Shown here piece by piece: positions 31,749 through 42,627 of a stretch of DNA of 64,000 nucleotides (within the stretch, counting starts at the first letter, position 1; every line of letters begins with the position of its first letter). Source of the DNA: an uncultured Bacillales bacterium (GTDB taxonomy: Bacteria > Bacillota_I > Bacilli_A > RF39 > UBA660); assembly GCA_946536225.1 (NCBI GenBank), contig CAMNEE010000003.1, forward strand, positions 25,533-89,532. Direction: 5' to 3'. Below the pieces are notes generated by a model. That model was not told where the DNA came from, ran no database searches, and saw only the letters and a program-made list of their open reading frames with translations. A program made the position numbers and the translations under genes.

Positions 31749-33611
31749 CTATTTTCTTATTCTTTTAACAATATCCTTGTATATAGTGTCATTATCAATT
31801 TTATATTTACGCTTTAACTCATCAATTGAACCATGAGTAATAAACTCATCTGGATATGCATAGCTATTAATAAAATCAACACTAATATTATTATCTAATA
31901 TTAATTCTTTAATGTTAGTCGATAAACCACCTACTATAGTTCCATCTTCCATGACTACTACTTTATGTGTTTTCTTTAAAGATTTCAAAATGGTTTTCTC
32001 ATCAATTGGTTTTAAGAATCTTACATTAATAAGTTCAGCACTTATATTCTTTTTATTTAGTTTTTCAGTTATTTTATAAGCATCACCTACAAAAGAACCA
32101 ATACTAATAATTGTTAAATCATTTCCTTTAGTTAATATTTCTGCTTTACCAAACTCTAACTTAGTCTCATCAAAACTCTCAACTTCTCCACCTCTTGGAT
32201 AACGAATTACTACAGGTCTTTTCAAAGTTACTGCTAGTTCCATCATAGACTCTAACTCCTTAAAATCTTTAGGCGCCATAATAACAAGATTAGGAACTAA
32301 TCTAAACATTGCCATATCAAATAAACCTTGATGAGTTTCTCCATCACTTCCAACTGCACCTGCTCTATCAACACACATAATAACTGGTAAGTTTTGACAA
32401 GCTATATCATGTATAACTTGATCATATGCCCTTTGATAGAATGAAGAGTAAATACTAACAAAAGGTATTAAACCATCACTTGCAAGTCCTGCTGCAAAAG
32501 TTAGGGCGTGTTGCTCAGCTATACCTACATCAAAAAATCTATCAGGATAATAAAGTTTAAATTTATTTAAACCAGTACCAGATGGCATAGCAGCAGTAAT
32601 AGCAACTATTTTTTTATTTTTCTTTGCCATAGAAACTAATTTTTCACCAAATACTTTTGAGTAATCTGGTCTTTTTTCTTTTAAAGGTTTACCTGTATTT
32701 ATATCAAAAGCACTTACACCATGATAATCTTCAGGTGTATCTTCTGCATACTTATAACCTTTTCCTTTTTTGGTTAATACATGTACTAGAGTTGGACCAT
32801 CAAAGTCTTTAATCTTATTAAATACTTCTTCTAACTCTCCTATATTATGTCCGTCAACTGGACCTATATAACGAAGTCCTATTTCTTCAAAGTACATTCC
32901 AGGTATAATCATTTGTTTAACTACTCTCTTAATAGTTCCTACAAACTCAACAATTATATTACCTAGAAAAGGTATCTTTTTAACTGCATCTCTTATACTA
33001 TCATTATAATTTCTATACTTTTTCTTTGTTCTAAGTTTAATAAGTAGATTATTCATTCCACCTACATTCTTAGAAATACTCATCTCATTATCATTAAGTA
33101 CAATGATCATTTTAGTTTTAGTATCTCCTGCATGATTAAGTGCTTCAAGAGCCATTCCTCCAGTTAAGGCACCATCTCCAATTACAGCAATTACATACTT
33201 ATCTTCATGCTTAATGTCTCTTGCTTTAGCAATACCTAAAGCTGCACTTATAGAAGTGCTTGAGTGACCTGTATTAAAAGCATCAGTTTTTGATTCACAT
33301 ATCTTAGGAAACCCAGATATACCTTCAAATTTTCTTAAAGTCTTAAAACTAGACTTTCTACCATTTAATATCTTATGCGTATAACATTGATGTCCTACAT
33401 CCCAGACAATAGAATCTTTATTTAAATCAAATACACTTTCAAGAGCAATAGTTAAATCAACCACTCCTAAGTTGGAAGCAAGATGACCCCCATTTTTAGA
33501 AGTAGTATTAATAATTAAATCTCTTATTTCTTTAGCAAGAATATTTTTTTCATCTAAGTTAAGTTTTTTTACATCATTTGTTTTCTTAATTCTTTCTAGC
33601 ATAAAGATCAT
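31749..33611 (-). CDS. dxs: 1-deoxy-D-xylulose-5-phosphate synthase
   Basis: 'DVGHQCYTHKILNGR' and a TPP-binding 'GDGALTGG' motif; 620 aa. Confidence 0.8.
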   Translation of the reverse strand: MIFMLERIKKTNDVKKLNLDEKNILAKEIRDLIINTTSKNGGHLASNLGVVDLTIALESVFDLNKDSIVWDVGHQCYTHKILNGRKSSFKTLRKFEGISGFPKICESKTDAFNTGHSSTSISAALGIAKARDIKHEDKYVIAVIGDGALTGGMALEALNHAGDTKTKMIIVLNDNEMSISKNVGGMNNLLIKLRTKKKYRNYNDSIRDAVKKIPFLGNIIVEFVGTIKRVVKQMIIPGMYFEEIGLRYIGPVDGHNIGELEEVFNKIKDFDGPTLVHVLTKKGKGYKYAEDTPEDYHGVSAFDINTGKPLKEKRPDYSKVFGEKLVSMAKKNKKIVAITAAMPSGTGLNKFKLYYPDRFFDVGIAEQHALTFAAGLASDGLIPFVSIYSSFYQRAYDQVIHDIACQNLPVIMCVDRAGAVGSDGETHQGLFDMAMFRLVPNLVIMAPKDFKELESMMELAVTLKRPVVIRYPRGGEVESFDETKLEFGKAEILTKGNDLTIISIGSFVGDAYKITEKLNKKNISAELINVRFLKPIDEKTILKSLKKTHKVVVMEDGTIVGGLSTNIKELILDNNISVDFINSYAYPDEFITHGSIDELKRKYKIDNDTIYKDIVKRIRK

Positions 33612-33670
33612 CCGTTCTTCAGGTGTTTATTATACTACAAAATAAAAAAAACTCATAAATATTTATGAGT

Positions 33671-34894
33671 CTATTTCTTACCAATCTTTTCAAACATTTT
33701 TATGAAGTCTTTTTCAGATTGTTTTTCTAAAGTATTCTTATCATTTAATAAATCTATTGCACCCATGTATTCTTCAATTGGTTTAACAATTATTTCAGAA
33801 TTAGTTAGTTCTAATATATCCATAAATGTTTTATAAAACTCTTCTCTAGTAACATATCTATCTTTAAGTTCTAACCCAGCATCTTTAAGTTGATTTCTAT
33901 ATTCTCTAGGATGATCTCCAAATATAACACTATGGAAGTTATATGGATAATTTGGGTTTTCCTTTTCTAAACATTCTTCGAAAGCCTCACATATATTATT
34001 TAAATATTCTTGTCTTTGAAGTTTAAATATCCATTTTACAGGAAATGAGTCATATCCATATATAACACCTGCAATAGAACCCGCTATTGCAGCAATAGTA
34101 TCTGTATCATCTCCAAGGTTAGTTGCTCCAATTATGGCATCACTAAATTTAGTAGAGTTCATTACTACATACATAACTGCCTCAAGTGTATCTACAACAT
34201 AACCTGTAGAACTAATATCACTTACTTTATAGTCAGTTATATCTTCTTTAATTATTCTCTTATAAAGATCAATTGTTTCTTGTTTAAAGTATTTACCATA
34301 GTTGTAACGTCTTAAAGATCTATAAGCATCATTCTTATCTTTACCATTAAGTATATTAAGTAAGAATCTTACATATATGTAACAACCCATAATACTTATT
34401 TCATTGCTATGAGTAAGACTTGATACATCTCTTACAATAGTATATATTTCTTCTGCTTTTACCTTTTTATAAAAGCAATAATATACAATTGGTAACATAC
34501 GCATTAAAGAACCATTACCATTATCAGTAATAAGATTTTGACCACATAAAGAAAGATCCATAGTCTTAGAAAAAGTTGATATAGCTTTTAATGTAGTTCT
34601 ACCTATTCCAAAAGCATTGCCTGTTGATGTAAATCTTCCTTCTTTTACCCAGAAGTAAAAGTTAGTCATAATATCAAAAGGATCAATTTTCTTTTTATTA
34701 ATAATGGAGTCAATAGTTGCTAAAGTCATACTAGTATCATCTGTCCAAGATCCCTCAGGAACATCAAATGTACCATATCCAAGCATATCAGTAACAGGTT
34801 TTTCAAGTAGTCTTTCTCTTGGTGCAAATTCACAATAAGCACCAAAAGCATCTCCAATTATAAAACCATATAATCCATCTCTTATCTTTGACAT
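33671..34894 (-). CDS. ADP-ribosylglycohydrolase family protein with C-terminal extension
   Basis: N-terminal 'GLYGFIIGDAFGAYCEF', 'DDTDTIAAIAGSIAG'. Confidence 0.6.
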   Translation of the reverse strand: MSKIRDGLYGFIIGDAFGAYCEFAPRERLLEKPVTDMLGYGTFDVPEGSWTDDTSMTLATIDSIINKKKIDPFDIMTNFYFWVKEGRFTSTGNAFGIGRTTLKAISTFSKTMDLSLCGQNLITDNGNGSLMRMLPIVYYCFYKKVKAEEIYTIVRDVSSLTHSNEISIMGCYIYVRFLLNILNGKDKNDAYRSLRRYNYGKYFKQETIDLYKRIIKEDITDYKVSDISSTGYVVDTLEAVMYVVMNSTKFSDAIIGATNLGDDTDTIAAIAGSIAGVIYGYDSFPVKWIFKLQRQEYLNNICEAFEECLEKENPNYPYNFHSVIFGDHPREYRNQLKDAGLELKDRYVTREEFYKTFMDILELTNSEIIVKPIEEYMGAIDLLNDKNTLEKQSEKDFIKMFEKIGKK

Positions 34895-34961
34895 TACTCA
34901 TCACCTATTATAAGTATAGCATAACTATTTATAAAAAATAAAAACGTCAAAGACGTCTTTA

Positions 34962-36446
34962 CTATTTATTAACTAATTCTTCTAAAAAATCATATATTTT
35001 TACCATAGCATAAGTATCTAGCTCACAGTATTTTAAAAGTGAGTGCCTAATTCTTTCCACATCTTCCTTTTCCATATTAACAAGGTCAGCATAACTATTC
35101 ATTGCTTCTCCCCCATTATGAATATCTTCTAGATTATGATAATCAAGACTTGGGTCATTAGGAAATAATCCAGGAAGAACATATTTAATAGAGTAACTTC
35201 CATGGAAAGCAGCAATATAATACCATCTTGATTTAAAAGGAATCATTAAATCCTTAATATTATCATGTATATTCATTAAATGTTCACTTAAATCAGGAAA
35301 TAACTTGGCTAAATTTTTTATTACTCCTTTTTCAAAACCCATGTTATAAGCTAAGGTACATACATCTCTAGGAATGTCATTTACTAACCTTTCAGCTAAA
35401 CTTCTTCTTGGGTCCTCTCCCTCTTTAGCAAGAAACTCCTTATGATTAAGTTTTCCTCCTTTTTCTTCATAATAATGAAGAGAATATTGAAAAGGTATTT
35501 GATTATATGGAGAAATACCATCATATAAAGGAATTGCTTGTTGAAATGTTTCAAAATCTAAAAAGTATAAGGGATAAGTTAAAGTATTCATGAATTCTTT
35601 AATCTTATCTAATTCTACATAAGGCTCTTTATTAGGATTTAGTTCATATTCAATTTGCATCTTAAAAGAATCATTTATATCACTTTTAAGTAAATCTTCA
35701 TAACTAATAATACCTTCTTTATATAGTTTTATTTTTTTATCCATATGCATGATAGCAAGATCAAAAACACTGTTTTCTAGATTACCTGAACAATACTTAA
35801 AATAAGGACAATTATATGGTTCAAAACAATGAAGACCAATATCTTGAACTTGTTCAAGATCATTATCAACATACTTGTTTACTTCCTTTATTCGCTTTTC
35901 TATATCATCCATCATAGAGTTTACTTTGTGAGTCATATCCTCAATAACAAACAACTCTTTTAAATCAAGTTCTCCATGTCTAACATATTTACTATTTAAA
36001 TGAACAATAGAAGCCTTAACTACATTTAATCCTTTTTGTCTTAAAAGCCATGTTTGATATGCTACATCATGAATATATATATCACTTATACTTGTACTAC
36101 TTTTAACTTCATATATTTCATAGTTATTATCATGTTTAACAAGTATATCAACTGAACAAAAGTTATTTTCATATTTAAATGATGCTTCAGTTATTACTAC
36201 ATCTTTATTAAAAAGTAAACTCTCTGTATCTTTAATCATCATATTTAAATCTTCATTATAAGAAACATCAAAATGAAAACCAAATAGATCTTTAGCTATC
36301 TCTCCTACATTTGTACCATTGTCTAAAACTGAAGAATTATCAACAACATTTGCTTCTTCAGGTTTATTCTTATCAAGCCATAACATTTTATAACATTGTA
36401 CAGCCTTACAATATTTTGATTTAGATAAATACATAACTATCACCAT
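34962..36446 (-). CDS. DUF2779-domain protein (Cas4/RecB-like nuclease superfamily-associated)
   Basis: Diagnostic N-terminus 'LSKSKYCKAVQCYKMLWL'. Confidence 0.5.
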   Translation of the reverse strand: MVIVMYLSKSKYCKAVQCYKMLWLDKNKPEEANVVDNSSVLDNGTNVGEIAKDLFGFHFDVSYNEDLNMMIKDTESLLFNKDVVITEASFKYENNFCSVDILVKHDNNYEIYEVKSSTSISDIYIHDVAYQTWLLRQKGLNVVKASIVHLNSKYVRHGELDLKELFVIEDMTHKVNSMMDDIEKRIKEVNKYVDNDLEQVQDIGLHCFEPYNCPYFKYCSGNLENSVFDLAIMHMDKKIKLYKEGIISYEDLLKSDINDSFKMQIEYELNPNKEPYVELDKIKEFMNTLTYPLYFLDFETFQQAIPLYDGISPYNQIPFQYSLHYYEEKGGKLNHKEFLAKEGEDPRRSLAERLVNDIPRDVCTLAYNMGFEKGVIKNLAKLFPDLSEHLMNIHDNIKDLMIPFKSRWYYIAAFHGSYSIKYVLPGLFPNDPSLDYHNLEDIHNGGEAMNSYADLVNMEKEDVERIRHSLLKYCELDTYAMVKIYDFLEELVNK

Positions 36447-36463
36447 TTATATTATAACAAATA

Positions 36464-36486
36464 AAACTACGTTTTTAACGTAGTTT
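36464..36486 (-). terminator. Hairpin terminator
   Basis: Perfect palindrome aaactacgtt-ttt-aacgtagttt; weak U-tract. Confidence 0.35.
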
Positions 36487-36569
36487 ATTTATCTTATAAT
36501 TTATCATCTATTATAAACATATATGTTATATATAAAAAATAGGTTGTATTAAACAACCTATTTACTTAT

Positions 36570-37358
36570 CTAAATGTCAAATGAACTTACAAATTGAGTT
36601 TCATTTGTAATATTAGCGTTATTACTATTATCTAAGTTGTAATAGTCTTCTGCTCTATTACCATCTATTCTATTAATATTTTTATCAATATAATATCTAG
36701 AAGGATCATTTTCATCTATTACTAAATCAGCAAAACCATCATTAACGAACCTTTTATCATATATAGGTTCACTTGTTAAAGTAACAAATGATCCATCACG
36801 TAATTGATATTCCATAACAATACGAGGAATACGTCTATTATTAATTGTAATATTTGAGTCTTCTACTCTACATGGTATTTTCTTAACTAACTTACCAATT
36901 TGATTTAATTCTTTAACTGATTTTACCTTTTTAGCATTCTTACTTATACCAACTACTCCAAGTACAATAAATAATAACGGAATAAGTGTGAAAAGAAGTA
37001 TAAACCAAATAGGCATATCAAATCCTGTACTACATTGTTCTGGATCACTTGGAAGATAATAAATTATCTTATTTTTTTCTCCACTTGGACTAGATGATGA
37101 GAATGAAGAACTACAAGTATATTCTTCCCCATTTACTTGGTAATAATAAATAGGAGTATACATTTTATTTCCATCATCATTATAGTAACTACTAAACTCA
37201 TATTTATATGAGGTAGCTTCTCCTGTTAATGTCTTTTGTTTTGAAAGTGTAGTAAATGCTATAAATCCCATTATGCCAATGAACACAAGGGCAACAAAGA
37301 TAAATATATACCAAACCATTCTTCCTTTTTTTATGTTACTATAATTAATATCATACAT
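36570..37358 (-). CDS. Two-TM membrane protein, unknown function
   Basis: TM near the N-terminus and mid-protein. Confidence 0.35.
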   Translation of the reverse strand: MYDINYSNIKKGRMVWYIFIFVALVFIGIMGFIAFTTLSKQKTLTGEATSYKYEFSSYYNDDGNKMYTPIYYYQVNGEEYTCSSSFSSSSPSGEKNKIIYYLPSDPEQCSTGFDMPIWFILLFTLIPLLFIVLGVVGISKNAKKVKSVKELNQIGKLVKKIPCRVEDSNITINNRRIPRIVMEYQLRDGSFVTLTSEPIYDKRFVNDGFADLVIDENDPSRYYIDKNINRIDGNRAEDYYNLDNSNNANITNETQFVSSFDI

Positions 37359-37477
37359 ATTAATGCCTCCAACTCTAAGATAATTATAGCAAAGAAATTA
37401 ACAAAAAAAATAAATGTTGCATTTTTTTTACAAAAGATATATATTAAGTCTTGCCAGGGAAGAAGGTATAAATTTAT

Positions 37478-38290
37478 ATGAATAAATACGTTGGCAAAAC
37501 TCTACCTTATATCCTAAGTTTATCAATTGCACTAGGTGCAGCAGGATGTGGAAAGGTAGAAAATAACAATAATACTTCTTTAAGTGATTTATCATTTTCA
37601 GAGGAAATTAAAGATAATGTAGAAACATTAACTATTGAAAAACCAATAGTTGAAGAAACTACACAATTAAAAAGAATAGAAGACATTGATGAGTTTGAAT
37701 TAGGTATTGAACTAGAAAATGTACTAGTAGCAAAACTTGTAAATTTAATTGATAATGATATCTTCAATCAAATGTTATTTCCAGAGTTAAGTAAAACAGT
37801 GGAAAAAGGTACTTGTGTATATGATCATTACTATGACTTAGCAAGAGATTATTATCTAAATACACATGATGAAGAGTTTACTGTTGAAGATGGAGTAATT
37901 GATAGTGAGTCTATCCAAAAACATCTAGATGAATTAAATAATACTACTTTATTTAGTGCTTACCTTTTAACTGACGTACTATCAAGTGAAGAACCAAATT
38001 TAATTAAAGCAGCAAATAGAATACTTGCATCATCTTCTATTGAAGGATGTGTTGAAGAACTAGAAAATATCTATTTGCTAGGACAAATACCAACAGACTT
38101 TGATAAAGAGACCTGGGAAACATTATTTAAGAACCTTTTAACAACTACAACTAGTTCAAGAGAGAATGTATTTGATATCTATTATGATTTAGCAGTATAT
38201 GCTCATCAATTAAAATATGATGAAGAATTAACACTTAATGATTGTGGTAGATACGAGTGTGAAGAACATAAATTAGTATTACATCCATAA
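37478..38290 (+). CDS. Lipoprotein, unknown function
   Basis: Lipobox 'AAGCG'. Confidence 0.45.
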   Translation: MNKYVGKTLPYILSLSIALGAAGCGKVENNNNTSLSDLSFSEEIKDNVETLTIEKPIVEETTQLKRIEDIDEFELGIELENVLVAKLVNLIDNDIFNQMLFPELSKTVEKGTCVYDHYYDLARDYYLNTHDEEFTVEDGVIDSESIQKHLDELNNTTLFSAYLLTDVLSSEEPNLIKAANRILASSSIEGCVEELENIYLLGQIPTDFDKETWETLFKNLLTTTTSSRENVFDIYYDLAVYAHQLKYDEELTLNDCGRYECEEHKLVLHP

Positions 38291-38328
38291 AAAAGATTAG
38301 ATTTAAAAATCTAATCTTTTATTTTTTT
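38291..38328. terminator. Bidirectional rho-independent terminator
   Basis: Hairpin aaaagattagattt-aaaa-atctaatctttt plus T7. Confidence 0.6.
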
Positions 38329-38872
38329 ATTTATTTAATAATTCAACAATTTTTTCTTCCATGATATCTGGTTTTTCAATTGGAGCAACACGCATAACTA
38401 CGTTTCCTTCTCCATCAACTAAGAACTTAGTAAAGTTCCAAGTAATATCATTTTTATTTTTATAAGTTTTACTTAACTTTTTAACTCCAGCCATGGCTGC
38501 TTTATTTTTAAATCCTTTTAAATACTCTTTAGGAGAGTTTTCTTTTAAATAAGTAAATACTGGATCTTCATTTTCACCATTAACATCAATCTTTTTAAAT
38601 TGATCAAATGAAGTATTGTATTTAGCAGTACAAAATTCATGAATTTCATCATCAGATCCTGGAGCTTGATGTCCAAATTGATCACATGGGAAGTCTAATA
38701 CTTCTAATCCTTTTTCATGATATTTTTTATATAGATTTTCAATAGCTTCATATTGTGGTGTAAATCCACATCCTGTTGCCGTATTAACAACTAATAATAC
38801 TTTCCCTTTTAATTCACTTAAAGGAAATTCACTTCCATCTCTTTTAGTTACTTTTAAATCATATAGATTCAT
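38327..38872 (-). CDS. Glutathione peroxidase family protein
   Basis: 'NTATGCGFTPQYEAIENLYKKY' GPx active-site region. The ORF extends to 38917, but an internal Met gives a typical length. Confidence 0.7.
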   Translation of the reverse strand: MNLYDLKVTKRDGSEFPLSELKGKVLLVVNTATGCGFTPQYEAIENLYKKYHEKGLEVLDFPCDQFGHQAPGSDDEIHEFCTAKYNTSFDQFKKIDVNGENEDPVFTYLKENSPKEYLKGFKNKAAMAGVKKLSKTYKNKNDITWNFTKFLVDGEGNVVMRVAPIEKPDIMEEKIVELLNK

Positions 38873-38891
38873 TTTTCCCCCTCTTTCTTTT

Positions 38892-39650
38892 TTATACACA
38901 TGTATATCCACCATCAATTGGTAACATAATACCAGTTACATAACTAGCTTCATCACTTGCTAAGAATATTACACCAGCATTTAATTCTCCTTCTTTACCA
39001 TATCTCTTCATAGGTACATGAGTCTTAGCAAACTCTTGGAATCTTTCCGTATCTAGTACTTGAGTAGTTAATTCAGTATAGAAGTAACCTGGACAAATAC
39101 AGTTTACTGTAATATTGTATTTTGCAAGTTCAGCAGCAGCTGCTCTTGTAAAGTTAACAACTCCACCTTTTGATGAATGATATGCAATTGTAGGTATTTC
39201 GTCATTACCAACAAGTCCATACATTGATGCAATATTTATTACTCTACCATAATTATTTTTCTTCATAATATTGGCAAATGCTCTTGTCACTTTAAATACA
39301 GATGTAAGATCTGTTGCAATAGTGAAATCCCATTCATCATCTTGCATTTCAAGTACACCTTTATCTTTAGATGAACCAGCACAGTTAACTAAGATATCAA
39401 CTTTTCCAAAAGTTTGTTCTGCTAAAGATGCAGCATTATTAATATCTTCTGTACTAGTAACATCGCATTTTATTGGAAGTACTCTTACTCCCTTAGCTTC
39501 TAATTCATTTTTTATTTCTTCTAATCTTTCAACTCTTCTAGCAAGTAAAACAAGGTCAGCACCTCTTTCTGCAAATGCATAAGTCATTTGTTTACCTAAA
39601 CCACTTGATGCTCCTGTTATAACTGCTACTCTATTTTTTAAATTAAACAT
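38892..39650 (-). CDS. Short-chain dehydrogenase/reductase (FabG-like)
   Basis: 'ITGASSGLGK' Rossmann motif; YxxxK. Confidence 0.65.
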   Translation of the reverse strand: MFNLKNRVAVITGASSGLGKQMTYAFAERGADLVLLARRVERLEEIKNELEAKGVRVLPIKCDVTSTEDINNAASLAEQTFGKVDILVNCAGSSKDKGVLEMQDDEWDFTIATDLTSVFKVTRAFANIMKKNNYGRVINIASMYGLVGNDEIPTIAYHSSKGGVVNFTRAAAAELAKYNITVNCICPGYFYTELTTQVLDTERFQEFAKTHVPMKRYGKEGELNAGVIFLASDEASYVTGIMLPIDGGYTCV

Positions 39651-40077
39651 TTGTTCCTCCTATATTTCCTAATATTTTATATAATATTTTATATAAAGCC
39701 TCAGCTTCTTCTGGATTTAAGTTAACACATTTACCTATTTCATTAGGTATATTCTTAACTTTTTCTTGAAGAGCAAGACCTTCTTTTGTAATAGAAATTG
39801 TTAAATTTCTTTCATCTTTATCTAATCTTTTTCTAGTAATATAACCTTTATTTTCTAACTTCTTTAATAAAGGTGTTAAAGTACCAGAGTCTAGAAATAA
39901 CTTTTCTCCTAAACTCTTAACGTTTATTTCGTTATCTTCCCATAAAACCATTAAAGCAATATATTGAGTATATGTTAAGTCTGCTTTATCAAGTAATGGT
40001 TTATATCTTCTAATAACTTCTTTTGATGCTGCATAAAGTGGAAAACATAATTGATTTTCTAACTTAAGACAATCCAT
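39643..40077 (-). CDS. MarR-family transcriptional regulator
   Basis: 144 aa winged-HTH pattern, in a redox operon. Confidence 0.55.
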   Translation of the reverse strand: MDCLKLENQLCFPLYAASKEVIRRYKPLLDKADLTYTQYIALMVLWEDNEINVKSLGEKLFLDSGTLTPLLKKLENKGYITRKRLDKDERNLTISITKEGLALQEKVKNIPNEIGKCVNLNPEEAEALYKILYKILGNIGGTNV

Positions 40078-40376
40078 TATTTTACTAACTCTTTTAATGC
40101 ATCAGCGTTTACTAAACCAACGCTTTTATTAACTAGTTCTCCATCTTTAAATACTAATAATGTTGGAATTGACATAATTCCGTATTCATTAGAGATATTT
40201 TCAGCATCATCAACATCTAATTTATAAAAATTAACTTCTTTTACTTCTTCAGATACTTGATCAACTATTGGTGAAAGCATTCTACAAGGACCACACCAAG
40301 TAGCAAAACAGTCTACTAATACTGTTCCTTCTTTAATTACATCTTTAAATTCATTTTCTTTAATTTCTTTTACCAT
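40077..40376 (-). CDS. trxA: Thioredoxin
   Basis: 'WCGPC' active site, 99 aa. Confidence 0.8.
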   Translation of the reverse strand: MVKEIKENEFKDVIKEGTVLVDCFATWCGPCRMLSPIVDQVSEEVKEVNFYKLDVDDAENISNEYGIMSIPTLLVFKDGELVNKSVGLVNADALKELVK

Positions 40377-40377
40377 A

Positions 40378-41280
40378 TTAATTCTCCTTCATTGCAAGCG
40401 TTGCAGCAAGTGCACCATCACCAACTGCAGTAGTTAATTGTCTTAACTCTTTAACTCTTGTGTCTCCAGCAACATATATACCTTCAACATTTGTATGAAC
40501 GCTGTCACTAGACTTAATATAACCATTTTCAAGTTCAATTACACCTTCAAAGGCTTCATTACTTGGTACTTGACCAATTGCAATAAATAAACCATCAATT
40601 TCTATATTTCTAGATTTTCCATTAGTATCAACATCAATTGATTCTAACTTTGCCTCACCATTTATACCTGTAATTGTACTATTTAAGATAAATTCAACAT
40701 TATCTTTTTCTTTTAATTCATCTACATGCTTTTGTTCAGCTCTGAATGTATCACGTCTATGAATTAAATAAACTTTCTTGGCTACATTTGTTAAATAAAG
40801 TGCATCTTCAATAGCAGTATTACCACCACCATTAACAGCTACTACCTTATTCTTATAAAATCCGCCATCACATATAGCGCAATAAGAAACTCCACTACCT
40901 ACTAACTTATCTTCGTTTGGTAGATTTAATTTTCTTCTCTTAACTCCAGTTGCAATAATAATTGATTTAGCTTTATATTCACCCTTATTAGTAAATACAT
41001 TCTTATCTTTATCAATTCTAATTACTTCTTCATTAACTACTTCTCCACCTAGATCAGTAACTTGTTGATAAAGATTAGTTGCAAAATCAAAACCAGTAAT
41101 GTCTTTAACACCAGGATAATTTTCAATTACTCCAGTATTAATGATTTGACCACCATAAGTATTTTTTTCGAAAACTAATACTTTTTTGTTTGCTCTTAGG
41201 GCATATAGTGCTGCAGTCAAGCCTGCTGGTCCTGCACCAATAACTATCATGTCATACATAAACCTTCTTGCTCCTTTCAT
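40378..41280 (-). CDS. trxB: Thioredoxin-disulfide reductase
   Basis: FAD motif 'GAGPAG', redox 'CAICDG'. Confidence 0.8.
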   Translation of the reverse strand: MKGARRFMYDMIVIGAGPAGLTAALYALRANKKVLVFEKNTYGGQIINTGVIENYPGVKDITGFDFATNLYQQVTDLGGEVVNEEVIRIDKDKNVFTNKGEYKAKSIIIATGVKRRKLNLPNEDKLVGSGVSYCAICDGGFYKNKVVAVNGGGNTAIEDALYLTNVAKKVYLIHRRDTFRAEQKHVDELKEKDNVEFILNSTITGINGEAKLESIDVDTNGKSRNIEIDGLFIAIGQVPSNEAFEGVIELENGYIKSSDSVHTNVEGIYVAGDTRVKELRQLTTAVGDGALAATLAMKEN

Positions 41281-41400
41281 TTAATACAATTAGATTGTAC
41301 GCAATTTATTTAAAAAAGTCAAGTAATTTTATTTTTTATTAATAAGTGTACACAAACTTAACTTATATAAAAAATAAAAAATGCTAGTAATCTAGCACTT

Positions 41401-42627
41401 TTATTTTCTAACTAAATGAACAGGAACACCATCTTTATAAATAGGCATTAACTCTCCTATAATAAGAGGTCTTACATATTTAAGAAATGCTGGTTTCATT
41501 TGATGTTTCTTTTCATCAATCCATTCTTCAGGTATCTTCTTTTCAACATTAGCAATATCATGAATATCAAAGATATCAGTTTCACATTTATAAGGTTTAT
41601 CATTAACTCTCTTTAAAGTAACCATCATTCCTGTTTTACCTTTACTAACTTCTTCTACTGCTCTTTCACCAACAGCATAAGCTTCATTAATATCAGTTAA
41701 GGAAGCAATATGTGATGCTGCTCTTTGAAGAGTCGAAAACTCTATAGCACGAGTCTTAAGACCAGTTTCTCTTGCTACAATATTACATAAAGTAATTGCA
41801 GAACCAGATAATTGTTTATGACCAAATGCATCTACTGCTAACTCATTAGCACCAGTTTCACATATAAACTTTCCTTCTTTGTTTTTAATACCCTCTGAAA
41901 CAGCAATTACAATACTATTCTTTTTATCTTTAAGTTTATTAATTAACTTTAAGAATTCATCAACATCAAATGGTGTTTCAGGTAAATAAATAGCATCTAC
42001 TCCATTGCATGTATCATCTTTTGCTAAAGCAGCAGCTCCAGCAAGCCATCCTGCATGTCTACCCATTATTTCAACAATTACTACTGTTAATCTAGATTTA
42101 TTAAATGATTCATTATCTCTTATAATTTCTTTTAAAGATGTAGCAATATACTTAGCACATGATCCATATCCTGGACAGTGATCAGTAATAGGTAAATCAT
42201 TATCAATAGTCTTAGGAATACCAAAGAAAGTATGTTTACTATTATGCATACTTGCATAATCAGATAACATCTTAACGGTATCCATAGAATCATTACCACC
42301 TGTATATAAAAGCGAATCTATTTCATACTTATCAAGTATTTCAAAAATTCTTTTATATGTTTTTTCATCATCTTCAATCTTAGGTAATTTATATCTACAT
42401 GAACCTAAAAAGGCAGATGGAGTTCTTTTAAGTAATTCAATATTTTCATCATTACTTAAATATTCATCTAAATCAATTATGTTTTCTTCTAAAAATCCTT
42501 CAATTCCATTTACCATGCCATATACATGATCATATCCTAATTCCTTAGCTTTCTTATAAACACCTGCAATTGATGAATTAATTACAGCTGTTGGACCTCC
42601 AGATTGTCCTACTATTATATTTTTCAT
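41401..42627 (-). CDS. 6-phosphofructokinase, long (PPi-type-like) form
   Basis: 'GQSGGPTAVINSSIAG', 'GGNDS', 408 aa. Confidence 0.6.
   Translation of the reverse strand: MKNIIVGQSGGPTAVINSSIAGVYKKAKELGYDHVYGMVNGIEGFLEENIIDLDEYLSNDENIELLKRTPSAFLGSCRYKLPKIEDDEKTYKRIFEILDKYEIDSLLYTGGNDSMDTVKMLSDYASMHNSKHTFFGIPKTIDNDLPITDHCPGYGSCAKYIATSLKEIIRDNESFNKSRLTVVIVEIMGRHAGWLAGAAALAKDDTCNGVDAIYLPETPFDVDEFLKLINKLKDKKNSIVIAVSEGIKNKEGKFICETGANELAVDAFGHKQLSGSAITLCNIVARETGLKTRAIEFSTLQRAASHIASLTDINEAYAVGERAVEEVSKGKTGMMVTLKRVNDKPYKCETDIFDIHDIANVEKKIPEEWIDEKKHQMKPAFLKYVRPLIIGELMPIYKDGVPVHLVRK

Noticed and set aside
38873-38917. N-terminal 15-aa extension of the glutathione peroxidase ORF (MMVDIHVYKKERGGK)
   Set aside because: GPx proteins start close to the internal Met (MNLYDL...). 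The extension overlaps the upstream SDR gene by 26 nt and contains a GGAGG-like 'gaaagagggggaaa' RBS region for the internal start.
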